A DNA stretch of 64,000 nucleotides, taken from NCBI GenBank assembly GCA_963705915.1, contig OY970126.1, positions 751,893 to 815,892 of the forward strand, written 5' to 3'. This DNA is from an uncultured bacterium. GTDB taxonomy: Bacteria; Patescibacteriota; Minisyncoccia; UBA6257; 2-01-FULL-56-20. The position numbers were made by a program, and so were the translations under genes. The notes under the pieces are model-generated. The model was not told the DNA's origin. It did no database searches and saw nothing but the letters and a program-made list of their open reading frames with translations. Below, one piece after another: positions 1-10,080 of this stretch. Position 1 is the first letter of the stretch, and every line of letters begins with the position of its first letter.

Positions 1-794
1 CTGATTGGAAACCGGACGCTGTCGTCCACTTTGCGGCCATTTCCGGCGGTATCCAGCTTACGATCGACCATCCCGCAAGCGTGATGCGGGACAATATCAT
101 GATGAATTTTAATATTGTGGAGGCTGCGCGTCTTGCGAATGTGAATAAAGTTGTGATGACGCTCTCTGCGGCTATCTATCCTGCAAAAACACCAGTGCCA
201 ATGAAAGAAGAAGAGATGCACAATGGTTATCCGCACGAGACAAATTACAGCTATGCTTTTGCAAAACGTCTTATTGACCCTATGGCGAAGGCGTATAAAA
301 AAGAATATGGCATGGATGTTGTTGACATCGTTCCAGGCGCGATCATCGGGCCGAAGAGCAATTTTAATCCTGCGAGTTCGACGGCGATACCGGCGCTCAT
401 CCGCCGTTTTTTTGAGAACCGCGAAGGCAATGAACCACTTCTTGTATGGGGTGATGGGTCGCCAGTTCGCCAATTTACCTCGGACGAGGATATGGGAAGA
501 ATTGCCATGTGGTGCGTTGATAATTACGATGATCCACAAATGTTGAACGTGAGTACGTCAGAAGAGACGTCGATCAAAGACGCGGCCTATATGATTGCGG
601 AATTTTTGCATATCGATCCAAGGCGGCTTACATTCGACACGTCCAAACCCGCGGGAACCCATAGCCAAAGTCTCGATAACAGCAAATTCGTTTCGCTGTC
701 ACATTTCAAATACACGCCGGCGCGCGATACGATAAAGAGAACCGTTGATTATTTCGCTGCACATTATCCGGATCAAAATACCTTGCGCTTATGA
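1..794 (+). CDS. GDP-L-fucose synthase family NAD(P)-dependent epimerase/reductase (Fcl-like); 5' end lies outside the window
   Basis: Reading frame is open to position 1; C-terminal 237 aa resemble Fcl (YAFAKR..IPALIRRF..VWGDGSP.RQF..DDM); ATGA overlap with the next gene. Confidence 0.7.
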   Translation, partial: DWKPDAVVHFAAISGGIQLTIDHPASVMRDNIMMNFNIVEAARLANVNKVVMTLSAAIYPAKTPVPMKEEEMHNGYPHETNYSYAFAKRLIDPMAKAYKKEYGMDVVDIVPGAIIGPKSNFNPASSTAIPALIRRFFENREGNEPLLVWGDGSPVRQFTSDEDMGRIAMWCVDNYDDPQMLNVSTSEETSIKDAAYMIAEFLHIDPRRLTFDTSKPAGTHSQSLDNSKFVSLSHFKYTPARDTIKRTVDYFAAHYPDQNTLRL

Positions 795-1762
795 ACTATC
801 GCGAACTCGGCAAGACCGGTATTAAAGTCTCAGAGGTTGGCTTTGGCACGTGGGGAATTGGCGGAGCGACGGCTGACGGGCCTCATTCGTACGGCGACGT
901 TAACGACGCGGAATCAAAAATCGCCCTTGAGCGCGCGTTCGATCTCGGCATTAATTTTTTCGACACATCAAATATTTATGGCTATGGCCATGCCGAAGAA
1001 TTGCTTGGCACGACGTTTAAGGGTCGTCGCGACAAAGTGGTGATCGCGAGTAAAGTTGGATATGTAAAGCACGGCGGCCCGTGGGACCTCTCGCCATCGT
1101 TCATCCGTAAATGTCTTGAAGAGACGCTCAAGCGCCTTCAGTCGGATTACGTCGACCTCTATCAAATCCATAGCCCGCCGATCGAACTTCTTGAACAAAC
1201 GCCGGAGGCCGTCGATGAACTCAAGAAATTAAAACAGGAAGGGAAAATTCGTGCGTTCGGATACTCCGTTAAAAACCCTAAAGAAGGAGAGCTTGTCATC
1301 AACACATACGGATTCCAAACGGTGCAGGTAAATTTTAACATGATTGACCAGCGCGCCTACGACATCGGTCTTTTTGATATTGCCGAGAAGGCCGGCGCGG
1401 GCATCATCGCGCGCACGCCATTTGCATTTGGGTTCCTGACAGGCACCGTCAAAGACATTCATTTCAATCCGAAAGATCACCGCTCGGCATGGCCCGAGCA
1501 TCAGTTGAAAATCTGGATGGAGGCGCCAAGTCTTTTTGCGCCATTGAACGCCGGAACGTCGAGAACGCTTGCAGAACTTGCATTGCAATTTTGTCTTAGC
1601 TTCAAACCGATTTCGTCTGTGATTCCGGGGATCCTCCATCCATCAGAGGCCGACGACAACGCAAAGGCAAGCGGCCTTGTGCCGCTCACGCCAGACGAGC
1701 AAAAAGCGATCATTGATATTTATAAGAGCCACGAATTTTTTGACCGATCCGATAAAAAGTGA
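791..1762 (+). CDS. aldo/keto reductase family oxidoreductase
   Basis: N-terminal GxGTW(G)xGG motif, typical AKR length, conserved Y/K region; co-operonic. Confidence 0.8.
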   Translation: MNYRELGKTGIKVSEVGFGTWGIGGATADGPHSYGDVNDAESKIALERAFDLGINFFDTSNIYGYGHAEELLGTTFKGRRDKVVIASKVGYVKHGGPWDLSPSFIRKCLEETLKRLQSDYVDLYQIHSPPIELLEQTPEAVDELKKLKQEGKIRAFGYSVKNPKEGELVINTYGFQTVQVNFNMIDQRAYDIGLFDIAEKAGAGIIARTPFAFGFLTGTVKDIHFNPKDHRSAWPEHQLKIWMEAPSLFAPLNAGTSRTLAELALQFCLSFKPISSVIPGILHPSEADDNAKASGLVPLTPDEQKAIIDIYKSHEFFDRSDKK

Positions 1763-1777
1763 TACATTTGCTCTCGT

Positions 1778-2599
1778 ATGGCGAAACCCATTGACATCAA
1801 AGAGCTTGCCGAACATGCGCGACTCATTCGGAAAGATTCGGTGACGATGAGTTATGAATCAAAGACTTCCCATGTGGGTTGTGCGCTTTCATTCGCCGAC
1901 ATTTTGTCGGCGTTATATTTTGTGGTTGCGAATGTTGACCCAAAAAATCCAACGGCGAACGATCGCGACCGGATTATTTTGAGCAAAGGGCATGCCGTTG
2001 TCGGTCTCTATGCCGCTCTCGCCGAGCGCGGATTTTTCCCAAAAGAAAAACTAAATGAATATTGCCGCCCCGGAAGTACTCTTGCGAGTCACATCGTCTA
2101 TGGTGCCGTGCCGGGTGCCGAAACAAGCGGCGGTTCGGGCGGTCACGGACTTCCCATCGCTTGTGGCATGGCCGTCGCGCTCCGGAACCAAAATTTCAAA
2201 TCGCGCGTATTCGTCCTTTCGGGTGACGGTGAGTTAGAGGAGGGCTCAGCATGGGAAGCAGCGCTTTTCGCGGGATTCCATAAGCTTTCGAACATAACCC
2301 TCATCGTCGACCAGAATAATCTGCAAGACGGCACAGATGGGCTTCACGTTTCAGAGATTCTGAATCTTGCACCGCTTGATGGAAAATTCCGTTCGTTTGG
2401 CTGGGATGTGGAAGTTGTGGACGGCCACGATTTTAACTCGCTCATTCCGGCGCTCAGCAAAATTTCTGATCGGCCGCGCGCGGTCATCGCGAAAACAGTG
2501 AAAGGTAAGGGCGTTTCCTTTATGGAAGGTCTTGGCGTCTGGCACGGGAAAGTTCCGAGCGACGAACAATACGTGCAAGCGATGAAGGAGCTTTCATAA
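1778..2599 (+). CDS. transketolase, N-terminal (TPP-binding) subunit of a split transketolase
   Basis: GDG..E.G..WEA and LSKGH motifs; 273 aa; followed by the matching C-terminal subunit. Confidence 0.85.
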   Translation: MAKPIDIKELAEHARLIRKDSVTMSYESKTSHVGCALSFADILSALYFVVANVDPKNPTANDRDRIILSKGHAVVGLYAALAERGFFPKEKLNEYCRPGSTLASHIVYGAVPGAETSGGSGGHGLPIACGMAVALRNQNFKSRVFVLSGDGELEEGSAWEAALFAGFHKLSNITLIVDQNNLQDGTDGLHVSEILNLAPLDGKFRSFGWDVEVVDGHDFNSLIPALSKISDRPRAVIAKTVKGKGVSFMEGLGVWHGKVPSDEQYVQAMKELS

Positions 2600-2621
2600 T
2601 AATAAAGTCCTATTTTCAATC

Positions 2622-3536
2622 ATGAGATTCGAAGTTATAAAAACAATTTACAAGGCGGGCGAACACGATCCGAAATTTTATTTCATCACCGGTGATTATG
2701 GCCACGCAAACACGGAAGATTTTAAAACCAATTGGAAAGGGAGATACTTTAACGGCGGCATGTCTGAGCAAAATATTTTGGGCGTTGCGTCCGGTCTCGC
2801 GCTTTCGGGTATGAAAACGTTTGTGTACTCCATTGTCCCTTTTGTCACCCTGCGCTGTTATGAACAAATAAAAATCGACGTTTGTCTCCACAATGCCGAT
2901 GTAACGATTATCGGCGGTGGCGAAGGCTTTGCGTATGGTGACGCCGGGCCAACTCACTATGCAATCGAAGACGTCGGCGCTTTGCGTCTTTTGCCGAACA
3001 TGAAAATCGTGTGTCCGGCGAATCCGATGGAAACGCGACAGCTTACGGAGCAACTTATCAAGCTTGGCGGCCCTGCATACATCCGTATCGGCCGCGGCCG
3101 CGAACCGGATCCCGAAAGAGAATATGCTGTTGAATTCGGCAGGGCTAAAGTGATCCGTCCAGGCAAGGATGTTACGATCGTCACGATGGGGACGATCGTA
3201 AAAGAAGCCATGAGGGCTGCCGACCTCCTCGCCGCGCAAGGCGTTGACGTCGAGATTTTAAACATGCATACTATTAAGCCGCTTGATGTGGCCGCAATCC
3301 GCGAACGCGCGGGTGCGAGAAAAGCTATTGTAACGCTTGAAGAGCACAATATCATTGGGGGGCTTGGCGGCGCTGTTGCTGAAGTGCTTGCGGAAATGCC
3401 GGAGCGCCCGAAGTTCAAACGTTTTGGCGTGCAGGATGCGTGGCCGGACATTGTCGGCTCCCAAGATTTTCTGCGCAGATACATCGGCATCGACGGAGAT
3501 TCAATCGCGCCGCAAATCCGCGCACTCATCAAGTAG
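2622..3536 (+). CDS. transketolase, C-terminal (pyrimidine-binding/C-terminal domain) subunit
   Basis: 304 aa; motifs ..FNGGMSEQN.., IGGGEGFAYGDAGPTHY; adjacent to the N-terminal subunit. Confidence 0.85.
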   Translation: MRFEVIKTIYKAGEHDPKFYFITGDYGHANTEDFKTNWKGRYFNGGMSEQNILGVASGLALSGMKTFVYSIVPFVTLRCYEQIKIDVCLHNADVTIIGGGEGFAYGDAGPTHYAIEDVGALRLLPNMKIVCPANPMETRQLTEQLIKLGGPAYIRIGRGREPDPEREYAVEFGRAKVIRPGKDVTIVTMGTIVKEAMRAADLLAAQGVDVEILNMHTIKPLDVAAIRERAGARKAIVTLEEHNIIGGLGGAVAEVLAEMPERPKFKRFGVQDAWPDIVGSQDFLRRYIGIDGDSIAPQIRALIK

Positions 3537-3575
3537 TGGTATGTGCTCATAACGTAGTACCCCATATTTTTTCTC

Positions 3576-4583
3576 ATGATTATCACGCGAACACCATTTC
3601 GCATATCTTTTTTTGGCGGTGGCACGGATTACCCCGTGTGGTTTGAAAAACACGGAGGCGCCGTGCTCTCGACGACCATCAATCAATATTGCTATATCAC
3701 GTGCCGGAATTTTCCGCCGTTTTTTAATGACGTCAAAACACGTATTGTCTGGTCGAAGATTGAGAATGTGAACAATGTTGACCAAATTGAACATCCTGCA
3801 GTGAAAGGTGTCATGAAGTTTTTGAATGTAAAAGATGGCCTTGAAATACATCACACAGCAGATCTCCCGGCGCGTTCTGGTTTGGGCGCGAGTTCATCTT
3901 TTACCGTCGGTTTATTGAATGCCATCTATGCACTTCGCGGTAAAAAAGTCTCAAAAGAAGATTTGATCCGTGAGGCAGTTTATATTGAACAAAATGTGAT
4001 GCATGAAAATGTCGGATCGCAAGATCAAGCTGCTGCGGCATTCGGCGGGTTCAATAAAATCGTCTTCAAACCCGATCACAGCATCGAGATCAGGCCGCTC
4101 GAACTTTCCCAACAGATGCTTTCAAAGCTGCGGAATCACCTCCTGCTTTTTTTCACCGGCCTCTCACGGAGCGCTTCCGAAGTTGCAGGCGAACAGATCA
4201 AAAACACGCCGCAAAAAGAAAAAGAGCTTGCGACCATGCTTGCGATGGTGGATCAGGGTGCCGCATTTTTACAGCAAGGCAAACTCGACGACTTTGGCGC
4301 ACTCCTTCATGAATCTTGGCAATTGAAGCGGGGGCTCACGTCTCTCATCGCGAATCCTCATATCGATGATATTTATGAGAAGGCGAGGAACGCTGGCGTG
4401 ATCGGCGGCAAACTCCTCGGCGCCGGTGGCGGCGGATTCATGCTTTTTTATGCCCATCCCGAAGACCACAAAAAAATCCGTGAAGCGTTGAAAGATATTC
4501 TCTACGTGCCGTTCCATTTCGAATCTGAAGGAAGTAAGATAATATACGAGAGCAACGCCCTCGACACGATTCAGCTCGTATAA
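3576..4583 (+). CDS. GHMP-family sugar kinase, HddA-like (candidate D-glycero-D-manno-heptose 7-phosphate kinase)
   Basis: GHMP motif LPARSGLGASSS, C-terminal GGKLLGAGGGGF; N-terminus MIITRTPFRISFFGGGTD typical of capsule-locus GHMP kinases. Confidence 0.7.
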   Translation: MIITRTPFRISFFGGGTDYPVWFEKHGGAVLSTTINQYCYITCRNFPPFFNDVKTRIVWSKIENVNNVDQIEHPAVKGVMKFLNVKDGLEIHHTADLPARSGLGASSSFTVGLLNAIYALRGKKVSKEDLIREAVYIEQNVMHENVGSQDQAAAAFGGFNKIVFKPDHSIEIRPLELSQQMLSKLRNHLLLFFTGLSRSASEVAGEQIKNTPQKEKELATMLAMVDQGAAFLQQGKLDDFGALLHESWQLKRGLTSLIANPHIDDIYEKARNAGVIGGKLLGAGGGGFMLFYAHPEDHKKIREALKDILYVPFHFESEGSKIIYESNALDTIQLV

Positions 4584-5521
4584 TGAACGATCCCAAAGTT
4601 TCTATCCTCATGCCGACCTTCAATGGCGGCAAATACATTGCTGAGACCCTCGACACGGTGATGGCCCAGACTTTTACGGACTGGGAAATTATTTTGATGG
4701 ACGGCGGCTCGAAAGATGATACCGTTGCGATTGTAGAGCAGTACGCGGAAAAACATCCTTCGATCCATATTTATTCTGAACCTGACGAAGGTCCGTATCA
4801 TGCGATTCATAAGGCGCTCGACCACGCCCGCGGCGAATTCGTCGCTATCCTTTGCGCTTCGGATGGCTATATGAATGGCGATTGGCTCAAGATGTGCGTC
4901 GAGAAAATGGAAAGCGACCCCGAAATCGCCCTCGTGTGGGGCATTCCCTACAACGCAACGGAAGACGGCACGATCACCGAACCGCATTTTGCCTACGCCC
5001 ATCTTCTTCAAGGTTCAAACGCCCGAGGGCCGTTTTTGAAAGAAATGATGAAGCGGCTTTCGAGCCCCTCATCATTTATGAGGCTTCTCAAAAAGATGAA
5101 CGCGTCAAACATCGCAACGGCAAAACAGGTTTTGAAAGCGGGTGAAGATGTTCCTGAAAAGAAGGCATGGTTCAAATACTGGCTCGAGACAGGGAGTATC
5201 GTTCCTGACGGCAATATGCTCCTCGCGCCGCGTGTTTTGAAGGAGTGCCTTCCGCCGTACCACATGGGCACCCGCGAAGCAGGCGACTGGATGACATTCT
5301 TTTTTGATGTGAACGCAAAAGGATATCTTTCCTATTGCATCCCGGTGGGAGCAAATTATACGAGAAATGCCCAACAGGGATCGGTTACCGAGCGCGCGCT
5401 CAAATATAATGATGCTAATCGAAAAGCGTATTTCGATCGCCTCGCAAAATTCCGCGACGACATCAAAGCTCACCCGGAGCACATGGTATTTCGCGACCGG
5501 GCAGGGAATGTGATACCGTAA
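4583..5521 (+). CDS. family 2 glycosyltransferase
   Basis: VSILMPTFNGGKYI...DWEIILMDGGSKDDT, a GT2 (GT-A) N-terminal signature. Confidence 0.8.
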   Translation: MNDPKVSILMPTFNGGKYIAETLDTVMAQTFTDWEIILMDGGSKDDTVAIVEQYAEKHPSIHIYSEPDEGPYHAIHKALDHARGEFVAILCASDGYMNGDWLKMCVEKMESDPEIALVWGIPYNATEDGTITEPHFAYAHLLQGSNARGPFLKEMMKRLSSPSSFMRLLKKMNASNIATAKQVLKAGEDVPEKKAWFKYWLETGSIVPDGNMLLAPRVLKECLPPYHMGTREAGDWMTFFFDVNAKGYLSYCIPVGANYTRNAQQGSVTERALKYNDANRKAYFDRLAKFRDDIKAHPEHMVFRDRAGNVIP

Positions 5522-5525
5522 GACC

Positions 5526-6290
5526 ATGGCAACTGAACGCTCTATCAAACTGCACCTCGGCTGCGGCGAAAAATATTTAGAGGGATACTGGAATATCGAT
5601 TTTCCAGAAGGCGAACACAGCGTGATGACACCGCGCGTGGATGAGTACGGCGACGTGCGCACGCTTTCGTACCCGGAAAATTCCATCGACGAAATCCGCA
5701 GCCATCATCTTTTCGAGCATTTTTCGCGCGCGGAAGCGTTGAAGCTTTTGACGAAGTGGCGTACGTGGCTGAAGCCCAATGGGCTTCTCGTGATCGAAAC
5801 GCCGGATTTTGAAACGAGCGCGAATTTCTATATCCATAGCCCCTCAATGAAACGCAAATTCCAGCTCACGCGTCACATTTTCGGTTCACAAGAAGCCGGC
5901 TGGGCGCTTCACAAAGATTATTGGGACAAAGAAAAATTCGATTTTGTGTTCTCGAAGATGGGTTTCAAGGATTTCAAATGTAAGCGTTACAACAACGGCC
6001 TTGCTCGCCACGCAAAATCATTGCCTGGTTCGCTCGGCAAAACGATTAGCAAAACGCCCGAGTGGTTCCATCGTCCGGTTCTGAATGCCGTGGGAAACAT
6101 GTTACCCGACAGTTTTTATGAAAAAAACGGCAGCAACAAAATGCCTAATATCCTTGTTTCTGCGCGAAAAGACAGTGCGGTGCCAATCGACATGGCTCAG
6201 CGCGTAAAAGAAATTTTGGAACTCAATCTTGTGGGCAGAGAAGGCGATCGTCTCCTGAATGTCTGGCTCCAGGAATATGAGCGATTTTAA
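5526..6290 (+). CDS. class I SAM-dependent methyltransferase (Methyltransf_11-like)
   Basis: LHLGCGEKYLEGYWNID..ENSIDEI..HHLFEH..LKPNGLLVIETP motif pattern. Confidence 0.6.
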   Translation: MATERSIKLHLGCGEKYLEGYWNIDFPEGEHSVMTPRVDEYGDVRTLSYPENSIDEIRSHHLFEHFSRAEALKLLTKWRTWLKPNGLLVIETPDFETSANFYIHSPSMKRKFQLTRHIFGSQEAGWALHKDYWDKEKFDFVFSKMGFKDFKCKRYNNGLARHAKSLPGSLGKTISKTPEWFHRPVLNAVGNMLPDSFYEKNGSNKMPNILVSARKDSAVPIDMAQRVKEILELNLVGREGDRLLNVWLQEYERF

Positions 6291-7143
6291 AAAAGACTCA
6301 AAAAAACCAGTTGTAAGCATTCTCATGCCGACCTATAACCGGGTCGGTTTACTCGAGCGTTCCATAAAGAGCATTCTCTCGCAATCGCTTAACGACTTTG
6401 AGCTCATCATCATAAACGATGCGTCAACCGACGGCACGAAGGCATTTCTTGATGTGCTTGCCGCACGCGATCATCGTATCCATCCAATCCATAACGTAAA
6501 GAACAATTATCCCGATATTTCAAAAACATTGAATGAAGCGATGGCACAGGCCCGCGGCACCTACATCGCCCGCATCGACGACGACGACTATTGGTGTGAC
6601 GATGACAAGCTCAAGAAACAAGTTGAATTTCTCGACACGCATCCTGATTACGTCGTTGTCGGCGGGGGGACAATCGTGATCGATGAACATGACGAGGAAC
6701 GGTTCCGCTATCTCAAGCTTGAAACCGACGAGGCCATCCGCAGCAAAATATTCTTTGCGAATCCATTCACGCACTCAACGGTGATGTTTCGCCGAAAGAT
6801 CGCAGAGGCCGTCGGCGGCTATGGCAACTTTAAGAATGCCGAGGACTGGGAACTGTGGCTCAACATGGGCCTGCACGGAAAGTTTTATAACTTTCAGGAA
6901 TATTTCGTGCGCTATCTTCTCACATCGCAGAGCAAAACATTTCTTTTCAAGCGATCGCAGTCGCGGGAAATTTTGCGCATCATTGCCGCGCATCGCGGCG
7001 AATACCCCAATTTCATTCCTGGCTATCTTTTGAACGTCGCGCAGTATTGCTACAGCTTGCTTCCGGACGGCATCCGCGGCGCACTCTACAACACGCTTTC
7101 CCGTGCCAAGCGTACGGCGTTTTCGTCTAAATCAACCCAATGA
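6259..7143 (+). CDS. family 2 glycosyltransferase
   Basis: VSILMPTYNRVGLLERSIKSILSQS..ELIIINDASTDGT; start may be the internal Met at 6277. Confidence 0.8.
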   Translation: MSGSRNMSDFKKDSKKPVVSILMPTYNRVGLLERSIKSILSQSLNDFELIIINDASTDGTKAFLDVLAARDHRIHPIHNVKNNYPDISKTLNEAMAQARGTYIARIDDDDYWCDDDKLKKQVEFLDTHPDYVVVGGGTIVIDEHDEERFRYLKLETDEAIRSKIFFANPFTHSTVMFRRKIAEAVGGYGNFKNAEDWELWLNMGLHGKFYNFQEYFVRYLLTSQSKTFLFKRSQSREILRIIAAHRGEYPNFIPGYLLNVAQYCYSLLPDGIRGALYNTLSRAKRTAFSSKSTQ

Positions 7144-7703
7144 AAAAAACTGCAAAGAAAAAATACCCCGCCGTGTTTCTTGATCGTGATGGCGTTGTGA
7201 CCTACGACGTACATCACATGAAACATGTGTGTGAGCTGAGGCTTCTCCCGAATGCTGGAGCGGCAATTAAAAAAATGTGGGAGAAAGGCTATCGCGTGAT
7301 CCTTATCACGAACCAAGGTGCCATCGCGAAAGGGATTACAACGAAGCGGGCCGTTGATGAAATCCACACCGAGCTCGTAAAGCGTCTCAAAAAAACTGGA
7401 GCCGTGCTTGATGGTATCTACTATTGTCCGCATCATCCAGAAGGAAGCATTAAAAGGTTTGCGATAGATTGCGCATGTCGCAAACCAAAGCCCGGCATGA
7501 TTATACGTGCTGCCCGCGAGCTTTCGATCGATTTGAAGCGCAGCGTGATGATTGGTGATAAAACCGGCGACATCCTTGCCGGCAAGCGGGCAGACCTCAA
7601 AACCATTCTCGTCAAAACCGGGTACGGCGGGAGCGACAAAATATACAATGTGAAACCGAATGTGAAGACGAAAAATATTCTTTCCGCCACACGGTTTTTA
7701 TAA
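7140..7703 (+). CDS. HAD-IIIA phosphatase, GmhB-like (D,D-heptose 1,7-bisphosphate phosphatase candidate)
   Basis: AVFLDRDGVV..D, ILITNQGAIAKG, YYCPHHPEG..CACRKPKPGM are hallmark GmhB/HisB-N motifs. Confidence 0.75.
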   Translation: MKKTAKKKYPAVFLDRDGVVTYDVHHMKHVCELRLLPNAGAAIKKMWEKGYRVILITNQGAIAKGITTKRAVDEIHTELVKRLKKTGAVLDGIYYCPHHPEGSIKRFAIDCACRKPKPGMIIRAARELSIDLKRSVMIGDKTGDILAGKRADLKTILVKTGYGGSDKIYNVKPNVKTKNILSATRFL

Positions 7704-7762
7704 TGCGCCGAATTTCCAAGCTCAGATTGACAAACCCTATCAAACTTTTTATTATATAACCC

Positions 7763-8479
7763 ATGAAGGGCATTATCCTCGCGGGCGGCGAAGGAACCCG
7801 GCTCAGGCCAGTCACGTTTGAAGTCCCGAAGCCGCTCATCACGATCAAAAAGAAGCCACTCATTAACTACAACCTCGATCTCCTCGCAAGCACAAAGGTG
7901 AATGACGTGAAGATCATTATCCGCCCGCAGGACGAGAAAGACTATGAACGCTGGCATCGCGAATATGCCAAAGACTTTTCCGGCATGACGATTGATCTCG
8001 TGAGCGAGCATGAACCGATGGGCACGCTCGGTTATATCTTCCACCACCTGAAAGATTGGATGGGGGATGAAGATGTTTTTGTTGTGAATGGTGATGTGAT
8101 TCATAAGAACGTCGACATGAACGGCATGGTTGCCCATCACAAAGCATCCAGCATGGCGGCGACGCTCGTGCTCATGAAAGTTGAAAAACCCGATGACTAC
8201 GGCACGGCAATTGTGGACGGTTCGGCCATCACGGAATTTCTTGAGAAGAAAAAAGGATTACCTGCGGGCCTTGTGAACGCCGGCGTTTATATCATCTCTT
8301 CGAAAGCGCTCGATCAGATCGCCTCAACCGCTGCGGCACAAGGAAAATATTTAATGTTCGAACGGGAAATGTTCCCGGTGTTAGCTGGCGCAAAGCAATT
8401 GTCGGGATTTATTTCCGACGGTTCGTTTTATGATTGCGGGACCTTTGAGCGTTGGGAAAAAGCGATCCGCGAGGTATAG
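7763..8479 (+). CDS. sugar-1-phosphate nucleotidyltransferase (HddC/ManC-like NDP-sugar pyrophosphorylase)
   Basis: MKGIILAGGEGTRLRPVT...PKPL nucleotide-binding signature. Confidence 0.8.
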   Translation: MKGIILAGGEGTRLRPVTFEVPKPLITIKKKPLINYNLDLLASTKVNDVKIIIRPQDEKDYERWHREYAKDFSGMTIDLVSEHEPMGTLGYIFHHLKDWMGDEDVFVVNGDVIHKNVDMNGMVAHHKASSMAATLVLMKVEKPDDYGTAIVDGSAITEFLEKKKGLPAGLVNAGVYIISSKALDQIASTAAAQGKYLMFEREMFPVLAGAKQLSGFISDGSFYDCGTFERWEKAIREV

Positions 8480-8513
8480 AAATTCATAAAAACCCGCACG
8501 CCGAAGTTTAGCG

Positions 8514-10019
8514 CTACGCGGCTGCCGTTGTATCGCCTGCCGGAAAGAGCAGGCGTTTTATTTCGATAAGAAGCGGTTCGCGAAGGACGCGGAGCACAAA
8601 GAAGTAGGCGATGATGGAGATCGCGACATTCACGATCACATTCATGCCCGCGAAGTAAAGGCCGATCGTGACCACGGCCATCACGGCGCTCGCGGCGATA
8701 ATCTTTTTGATATGCGGAAGGATTTCGAAAGTGTTGATTTTTTTCATCATGTGCCAGAGATACCAGTTTGTAACGACTTGCGCGATGAGGGTTCCGACGG
8801 CTGATCCCGCCATGCCGAACGGTGGGATGAGGAGGAGGTCGAGGCATACATTCAAGACGCCGGCAATCGCTGAGGTGATGATCAAACTCCGCTGATGGTT
8901 ATAGGCGAATATAGCATTACTGATGACCGTTGCAGGGAAGTCGACGAGCATCGTTAGCATCAAAATTTTGAAGGGTAATCCGCCCGATGCGTATGCACTG
9001 CCGAATATAAGCGTCATGATTTGGGTGCCAAGGATTGCGCCGCCGAGCGCGAGCGGGATCGAAGCGATGAAGATGATACTCACCGCACGTTCAAGCGCAG
9101 CGCGGAATCGAGGATTGTCTTTGTTGGCGAGTCGGGCAAAAAGGGGAAGCGTGGCGAATTGGATAACGGTTGGAATTAAATAGAGGACTTGCACGATCCT
9201 GATGCCGGCGGAATAGATGCCGACTTCCGATGCGCTCCGGAGCCAGCTGATGATGAGAATGTCGGCGTTCGTGAGGAGTAAGCCAAGCGCGCTTACGATG
9301 GCGAACGGCCACGCCGAACGGAGGATCGGCATGATGAGTGATGCGGAAAAATAATTGAAGACTTGTTTGAAGTAAGCACGGATGATGAAAACGGCGAGTG
9401 CGATACCAAGCACATCGCCTGCCACGTACGCCCATGCGAGCGATGACGGCGCCTTGACTGCAGTGAGGAAAATGAAACCAAAGACAAGAATGCCGAGATT
9501 GGTAAGAAGAAAGATCGCGGCATCGAATTCCATATTTTCCATGCCGCGCGCGACGGACGTGAAGAAGTCACGAAGCGTGTCGAACGCAAGGACGATGGCA
9601 ACAATAGGGAGCAATACTTTTGCACCGGGGAGTGTTGAGAAGAACGGCGCCACGAAGATGATGACGGCGGCACCGATGATGAGCAAAATGATCTTGAGGA
9701 CGAATGTCGTGGAAAATAATGTGCGCCTGTCTTCATCGCTCGATTTTGCGATGTCGCGCATGAGGAGGTTGTTGATGCCCGGATCCATGAACAGCGTGAG
9801 GAATCCGGCGAGCGTGATCGCATAAGAAAAAACGCCCCACCCGGCAGTGCCAAGGACGCGTGCGCCATAGATGACGACGGCAGCCTTTATGAGCCGTCCA
9901 CCAAAATTTGATACTGAAAGCCAAAAACTATTCTTCGCAACCGTCTGCTTTGCATTCTCATTCTTAAAGAGAAAAGAGCGCATACGGGCCGTAAAAGACT
10001 GTTTCGGCTTGGATTCCAT
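8514..10019 (-). CDS. oligosaccharide flippase (Wzx/MOP family polysaccharide biosynthesis protein)
   Basis: 501 aa, about 12-14 predicted TM helices, typical Wzx N-terminus; located in a glycan locus. Confidence 0.8.
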   Translation of the reverse strand: MESKPKQSFTARMRSFLFKNENAKQTVAKNSFWLSVSNFGGRLIKAAVVIYGARVLGTAGWGVFSYAITLAGFLTLFMDPGINNLLMRDIAKSSDEDRRTLFSTTFVLKIILLIIGAAVIIFVAPFFSTLPGAKVLLPIVAIVLAFDTLRDFFTSVARGMENMEFDAAIFLLTNLGILVFGFIFLTAVKAPSSLAWAYVAGDVLGIALAVFIIRAYFKQVFNYFSASLIMPILRSAWPFAIVSALGLLLTNADILIISWLRSASEVGIYSAGIRIVQVLYLIPTVIQFATLPLFARLANKDNPRFRAALERAVSIIFIASIPLALGGAILGTQIMTLIFGSAYASGGLPFKILMLTMLVDFPATVISNAIFAYNHQRSLIITSAIAGVLNVCLDLLLIPPFGMAGSAVGTLIAQVVTNWYLWHMMKKINTFEILPHIKKIIAASAVMAVVTIGLYFAGMNVIVNVAISIIAYFFVLRVLREPLLIEIKRLLFPAGDTTAAA

Positions 10020-10080
10020 GGTTATTAGTGTACCGCAATTTTTAAGATTCTTTTAATGTGCCGTGTGATAAGGTGGTGCC

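Noticed and set aside
223-546. Short ORFs overlapping or antisense to the Fcl-like gene (223..546 plus, 251..508 minus)
   Set aside because: They are embedded in a conserved, clearly coding frame. No independent start signals are present.
8428-10019. Multiple antisense or overlapping ORFs within the flippase gene (e.g. 8428..8847 minus, 9293..9868 minus, 9382..9825 plus)
   Set aside because: They lie in alternative frames of a confidently identified Wzx gene in GC-rich DNA. Compositions are Arg/Ser/Pro-rich, typical of spurious frames.
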